Part shown: in pieces, positions 59,150 through 64,000 of the stretch
How the letters are laid out: each line of letters starts with the position of its first letter
How positions within the stretch are numbered: position 1 is the stretch's first letter
Assembly (NCBI GenBank): GCA_963777605.1
Contig: CAVZRV010000011.1
Span: forward strand, 96,001 to 160,000
Reading direction: 5' to 3'
Length of the DNA stretch: 64,000 nt
From: an uncultured Acidobacteriota bacterium
GTDB lineage: Bacteria > Acidobacteriota > UBA6911 > RPQK01 > JAPXNP01
Notes under the pieces: generated by a model
Databases searched by the model: none
The model's input: only the letters and a program-made list of their open reading frames with translations
Told to the model about the DNA's origin: nothing
Translations under genes and position numbers: made by a program

Positions 59150-60512
59150 ATGGCGACAAGAGAATTCTCACTGGTTCCACGACAGGTGGAAAGCATCAAC
59201 TCCCGGTATCGGACGATCCGCACCTCGATTCCGGTGCCCGAGTCGGTCGAGATCCTCAAGACCCTGCGCCAGATCGAACCGCGCAGCATGGGCGGGCAGC
59301 CGCCGGTGATTTGGGATCACGGGGACAACTTCATCGTGGGGGATCCCTACGGAAATCGCTGGCTGGATTTCTCCAGCGGAGTGCTGGTTACGGCGAGCGG
59401 ACACGGACGTCGGGAGATCATTGACGCGATTCAGCATATGGCCGGCCGCGGCCTCTATCACGCCTACAGTTTCCCGACCGAGGTTCGCCTCGAGCTGGTC
59501 CGGGAGATCACCGGATTGATTCCGGCTCCGCTCAAGAAGGTCTTCCTGCTCACGACGGGGTCGGAGGCCACCGAGTGCTGCATCAAGCTCGCCCGGACCT
59601 GGGGGCTCCAGCAGGGAGGCGAAAGCAAAAACGTCTTTGTGACCTTCGACTACGCTTTCCACGGACGGACCATGGGCGCACAACTCGCAGGAGGCTCTCC
59701 GGCACTCAAGAAATGGCTGGGCGATGATCCTCGCTTCGTGCAGGTGCCCTACCCGGACGGCTTCCGCCAGAAGGACATCAGTTTTTCCGTTTTCGAGGAG
59801 GCTCTGGAGAGGAAAGGCGTCAATCCGCGCAACGTTTGCGGGGTGATGAGCGAGACGTACCAGGGCTGCAATGCTGCGCTCATGCCGGCTGAATACGCCC
59901 AGGAACTCCGCCGGTGGTGCAATCGTTGGGAGGCCGTGATGATCTTTGACGAAGTCCAGGCCGGCTTCGGGCGGACCGGAAAATCGTTCGGCTTCCAGCA
60001 CCTCGGCATCGTCCCCGACCTGGTCGCCTGCGGCAAGGGAATCTCAGGGGGAATGCCGCTGTCCGCGGTACTCGGCACCGAAGAACTGATGTCCCTTTAC
60101 GGGCCGGGGGAAATGACAAGTACACACTCAGCCAATCCGGTCTGCGCCGCTGCCGCTCTTGCCAACATTCGACTCATCCAACGGGAAAAGCTGACCGAGA
60201 ACGCTGCCAACCTGGCTCCCATGCTCGCGGAAGGCACCGCCCGCATCGCCGAGAAAGCTGGCGGCAAGGTGGGCACCTGGGCAGCAACGGGACTGGTCTC
60301 GGCACTCCAGTTCACGGAACCAGGAACGACCAACACCGGAACCCGACTCGGCCTGGCAACTGGTCAACAAGGCGGTCGAGCGCGGGCTTCTTCTCTTCGC
60401 CCCGGTGGGAGTGGGAGGCTGCGCGGTGAAACTGAACCCACCGCTGACGATTACCGAGGACGCCCTCAAGGAAGGGCTCTCGGTGCTCGAAAAGGCCGCC
60501 GCCGAATTGTGA
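59150..60512 (+). CDS. Class III PLP aminotransferase, frameshift near 60332
   Basis: WLDFSSG, TGSEA, FHGRT, FDEVQAGFGRTG, GKGISGG; the C-terminus (AVERGLL...KLNPPLTI...AAAEL*) continues in another frame to TGA 60512. Confidence 0.9.
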
Positions 60513-60522
60513 CGCTCGAGGA

Positions 60523-61367
60523 TCAGATCGTGAAGTTCCCCTTGAACTTCATTTTGCCGGTCTTGAACTTCACGTCGATGACGTGGGTCGATCGGCGGCA
60601 CCGCCGCCGTAAATATCGACTCCGTGTGAAACAGGATCGATTTCCCGCTCCCGTCGAAGTAAGGCTTGCCGGATGCATCGTAGCGGGGAAACCGGAAAAC
60701 CGGAAATGGGTTCGTCTCCGACGGGGGTGAATACTCCTCTAGGGCGGACCATCACTTTCATCTCTTGAGCAGCCAGATAAGTCTTCTTCGCAAACTCTCG
60801 GCGGTTTCCCGCCGAAAGACGGCATCAAACTCCTGAAGCGAGTTGTGCCCCGGAGGATCCGAAAAGTAGCCCACCTGGAGCGAGATGAAGCGGGACGCTT
60901 CACGTTCCTCCAGCCGAGCCATTTCGGCCAGCTTTGGCCCGTCCAGGCTTCGAAGTCGATCGATAGCCAGCTGGACCGGTTCGGCTGACGTGATGAGGAC
61001 GCGGAAAAAGTCTGCGAAATCCGACTCGCCGACCGAGTAAGTGCCCAGTTCCCCCGTCGAGTCGGATGAACTGCCGAATTCCCCGTTTCCAATGGAGGGA
61101 TTCATCGGCTCGTCCCAAAATTCCCCGCCGAACTTGTTTCGCGGAGATTGGTCACCGGGCTTGAAGGGCCGCTCTGCGAACGTCCCTGCTCGCATGCGGA
61201 CGACCGAAGTCTCATGAACCCAGGGAGACTCCTGAAGGACCTCCAGGCACTGTTGCTCGTTCCACTGAGCGGGATCCGTGGTCTCCCACCACTGGGCCGC
61301 CAACAACAACGACACAAGACCGCTCAATGTGCCCACCACAGCACAGAATCTGGCTCGCCTGTCTCAT
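60523..61367 (-). pseudogene. Exported hypothetical protein interrupted by about four frameshifts (errors or decay)
   Basis: RBS+ATG at 61367; core in ORF 60758..61339 (WNEQQCLEVLQESPW); continuation EEYSPP...FRFPRYD...G and FKTGKMKFKGNFTI* in other frames. Confidence 0.6.
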
Positions 61368-61475
61368 GGTGCTCCTCCCGAGTCGTGCTCATTGCGAAGC
61401 GCCGACTGCAGGACGCCGCACCCCAGTTTAGATACTCAATCGTCCTCTGAGCATACGGTTGGCCCGGGAAGGGTA

Positions 61476-62387
61476 TCAGTTCGCGGGCACGAGGACCATG
61501 ACTGAGATTGATGGCCGCCTGAAGTCCGTCCATTGTGGTGGGGCACAATCCCTCGCACTCGGGACAATGGTTGTCTCGGTCTCCAATAGGCCACCTCTGG
61601 TACGGCCCCCAGGAAGGAAGTCGCAGCGTCGGATACTCCGAGCGCGTCCCGATGTCTCGTCGATGTCGATCACGACGGACGAGAACCGCGCATCTTTCGT
61701 TTCGGGCTCGAATCTCGCGTTCAAGCCGGTCAGGAACCGCGACAGCGACTGCTCCGTCTTCATGCCGATGACCGAGTCGTATGACCCCGTCATGCCAACG
61801 TCAGTGACGTACGCGGTCCCTCCCGGCAAGACCCGAACATCAGCAGTCGGGATATGGGTGTGTGTCCCCACGACCGCCGACACCTTGCCGTCAACGAACC
61901 AGCCAAAGGCCATCTTCTCGGAGGTGGCTTCGGCGTGGAAATCAACCAGGATTGCCCGGGGCTGCCCTCCCAGCCGCTCGAGTTCCCCTTCGATCATCCG
62001 AAACGGGCAGTCGGTCAGAGGCATGAATACCCTGCCCTGCAGATTGATCACGGCCACCGGGACACCGGCCCTGCTCTCGCCGATCCAGATGTGGTTTCCC
62101 GGAAGTCCGGGTGGGTAATTGCCCGGCCTCAAGAGCCTCGGCTGCCGCTCGAGCAGCGCACCGACGCCTTTCTGGTCCCAGACATGGTTTCCGGTCGTCA
62201 GGACATCAACGTCCATCCGCAGGAAGTCGTCGGCAATGGAGGCAGTCACTCCGAATCCGCCGGCCGCGTTTTCCGCGTTGACGACGGTGAAATCGATTCC
62301 GTTCTCCTCCTGAATCGCCTTCAGGTTCTCGCGAACCACCCGGCGTCCCCCTCGACCGACGACATCCCCCACAAAGAGCAGCTTCAT
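61476..62387 (-). CDS. ymdB: YmdB/TIGR00282 metallophosphoesterase
   Basis: GDVVG, NAENAAGG, TGNHVWD, DFHAEATSEK, GTHTH, TDVGMTG; directly downstream of rny. Confidence 0.94.
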   Translation of the reverse strand: MKLLFVGDVVGRGGRRVVRENLKAIQEENGIDFTVVNAENAAGGFGVTASIADDFLRMDVDVLTTGNHVWDQKGVGALLERQPRLLRPGNYPPGLPGNHIWIGESRAGVPVAVINLQGRVFMPLTDCPFRMIEGELERLGGQPRAILVDFHAEATSEKMAFGWFVDGKVSAVVGTHTHIPTADVRVLPGGTAYVTDVGMTGSYDSVIGMKTEQSLSRFLTGLNARFEPETKDARFSSVVIDIDETSGRARSIRRCDFLPGGRTRGGLLETETTIVPSARDCAPPQWTDFRRPSISVMVLVPAN

Positions 62388-62408
62388 TGTTCCAGCACCC
62401 GAATCAAT

Positions 62409-63962
62409 CTACCGCGCGTAGTCGACAACTCTCATCTCCCGGATCAGAGTCACCTTGATCTGACCGGGATAGTCCAGTTCCTTTTCGATCTTCTTGGCGA
62501 TGTCCTTGCTCAACCAGAATGCCTGGTCGTCCGAGATTTTCCCGCTTTCGACGATCACGCGGATCTCGCGCCCCGCCTGGAGTGCGAACGCCTTCGTCAC
62601 ACCGTCAAAGGAACCAGCCAACTCCTCAAGCTTTTCGAGTCGCCGCACATAGCTTTCCAGTACTTCCCGGCGGGCCCCGGGCCGCGCCGCCGAAATCGCG
62701 TCGGCTGCCTGAACAAGAACGGCTTCGGTGGTTCTGAACTCAACGTCAAAGTGGTGGGCTTCGATGGCGTGAATGACGTCTTCCGTTTCGCCGAACTTGC
62801 GGGCCAGTTCGACACCGAGCTGAAGGTGTGTTCCTTCCATGTCACGATCGACGGCCTTCCCGATATCGTGCAGGAGTCCGGCTCGCCGGCACACGTCAAC
62901 ACTGGCACCGACCTCCCGGGCCATGATTCCGGCGAGATAGGCGACGTCCCGGCTGTGATTGAGGACATTCTGCCCGTAGCTCGTTCTGTACTTGAGTCGT
63001 CCCAACATCTGGAGAAGCTGGTCGTTGAAGTTGTGGATTCCCAGTTCAAAGGCGACCTGCTCGCCCTCCTCCTTGAGCTGCTTGTCGAACTCGGACGCGA
63101 CTTTGGCAACGACTTCTTCGATCCGGGCCGGGTGGATCCGCCCATCCCGAATCAGCCGCTCGATCGAGACGCGGGCGATTTCCCGGCGGAGGGGGTTGAA
63201 GGCCGAGAGAATCACGGCCTCGGGTGTATCATCGACAATCAGGTCAACTCCCGTGGCCTGCTCGAGCGCGCGGATGTTGCGCCCTTCCCTGCCGATGATC
63301 CGACCCTTCATCTCCTCCGAAGGGAGATCTACGACTGAAACACTCGACTCAACTACGTGCTCCGCGGCGCATCTCTGAATCGCCTGGGCCACGATCTTGC
63401 GCGCCTCGATCTCAGAGCGCTCCTTGGCCTCATCTTCTATTCGCTTGGCGAGAATGGCACCATCACGCAGCGCTTCGCTCTCAATCGCATTCAGGAGCGA
63501 TTTCTTGGCCTCTTCGGCGGTCATCCCGGCCACCTGCTCCAGCTGGTGGGTACGCTCCTCGACCAGGACAAGCAGTCTCGCCTCGGATTCCTCGGCCTCG
63601 ACTTCCCGGCGTTTAAGGTTGCGAATCCGCTGGTCGGTCTCGCGCCGCTTGCGCTCCGCTCTGCGAAGCTCACGTCGAAGCATCTGTTCCTTTTCGCCGA
63701 CCCGGTGTTCCAGTTCCGCGATCTTCCTCCGCTGTTCCTGAATCTCTTTCTCTGCGGCAACCCGCCACTGAAAGATCTCGTCTTTTGCCTCGAGCAGGCG
63801 TTCCTTTTTGACTCGTTCAGCGTCCTGACGGGCCGCTTCCTTGATCTCAGCCGCATCTTCGGCAGCCCGCTTGAGCCGCTTGTCCACTACCCGTAACTTG
63901 ACGAGGACCCAAACGACAATGGCGGCAGCCGCCACAATCGCCAATATCCAATCTTCCCGCAT
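62409..63962 (-). CDS. rny: Ribonuclease Y
   Basis: N-terminal TM, coiled coil, [38 protein letters not shown]. Confidence 0.97.
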   Translation of the reverse strand: MREDWILAIVAAAAIVVWVLVKLRVVDKRLKRAAEDAAEIKEAARQDAERVKKERLLEAKDEIFQWRVAAEKEIQEQRRKIAELEHRVGEKEQMLRRELRRAERKRRETDQRIRNLKRREVEAEESEARLLVLVEERTHQLEQVAGMTAEEAKKSLLNAIESEALRDGAILAKRIEDEAKERSEIEARKIVAQAIQRCAAEHVVESSVSVVDLPSEEMKGRIIGREGRNIRALEQATGVDLIVDDTPEAVILSAFNPLRREIARVSIERLIRDGRIHPARIEEVVAKVASEFDKQLKEEGEQVAFELGIHNFNDQLLQMLGRLKYRTSYGQNVLNHSRDVAYLAGIMAREVGASVDVCRRAGLLHDIGKAVDRDMEGTHLQLGVELARKFGETEDVIHAIEAHHFDVEFRTTEAVLVQAADAISAARPGARREVLESYVRRLEKLEELAGSFDGVTKAFALQAGREIRVIVESGKISDDQAFWLSKDIAKKIEKELDYPGQIKVTLIREMRVVDYAR

Positions 63963-64000
63963 ATGCTAATCCCCCTGACTGTGCTCGAGGGCTACTGAAG

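Noticed and set aside
1-64000. CRISPR arrays, tRNA/rRNA genes, transposases, integrases, prophage genes
   Set aside because: No spaced direct repeats, tRNA arms or mobile-element proteins were seen by eye; a computational scan was not possible

Overview
High-GC bacterial chromosomal window with about 55 tightly packed CDS. Gene content and order suggest Acidobacteriota, which is an inference. It is mostly core genome: yicC-gmk-rpoZ-coaBC-era-udg-priA, mtnA-tsaD, lysA, uvrA, ymdB-rny, a PhoB-PhoR-PhoB set, a Wzm/Wzt polysaccharide locus, and crcB-DUF190. No tRNA, rRNA, CRISPR array, transposase or phage genes were recognised. The most interesting region is the left end. A type III polyketide synthase (absent from the ORF track, cut by the window edge) follows a methyltransferase and an FAD oxidoreductase. 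Upstream on the same strand lie a probably exported protein with a chalcone-isomerase-like pattern and a 156-bp inverted-repeat element. Other candidates are a JAB + atypical GTPase-DUF697 + coiled-coil trio, a possibly switchable crcB leader lacking a canonical fluoride riboswitch, an orphan radical SAM/twitch enzyme and a dehydrogenase + class III aminotransferase pair. At least six genes carry single-base frameshifts that look like sequencing or assembly indels. All family calls come from motif recognition by eye, not database searches.
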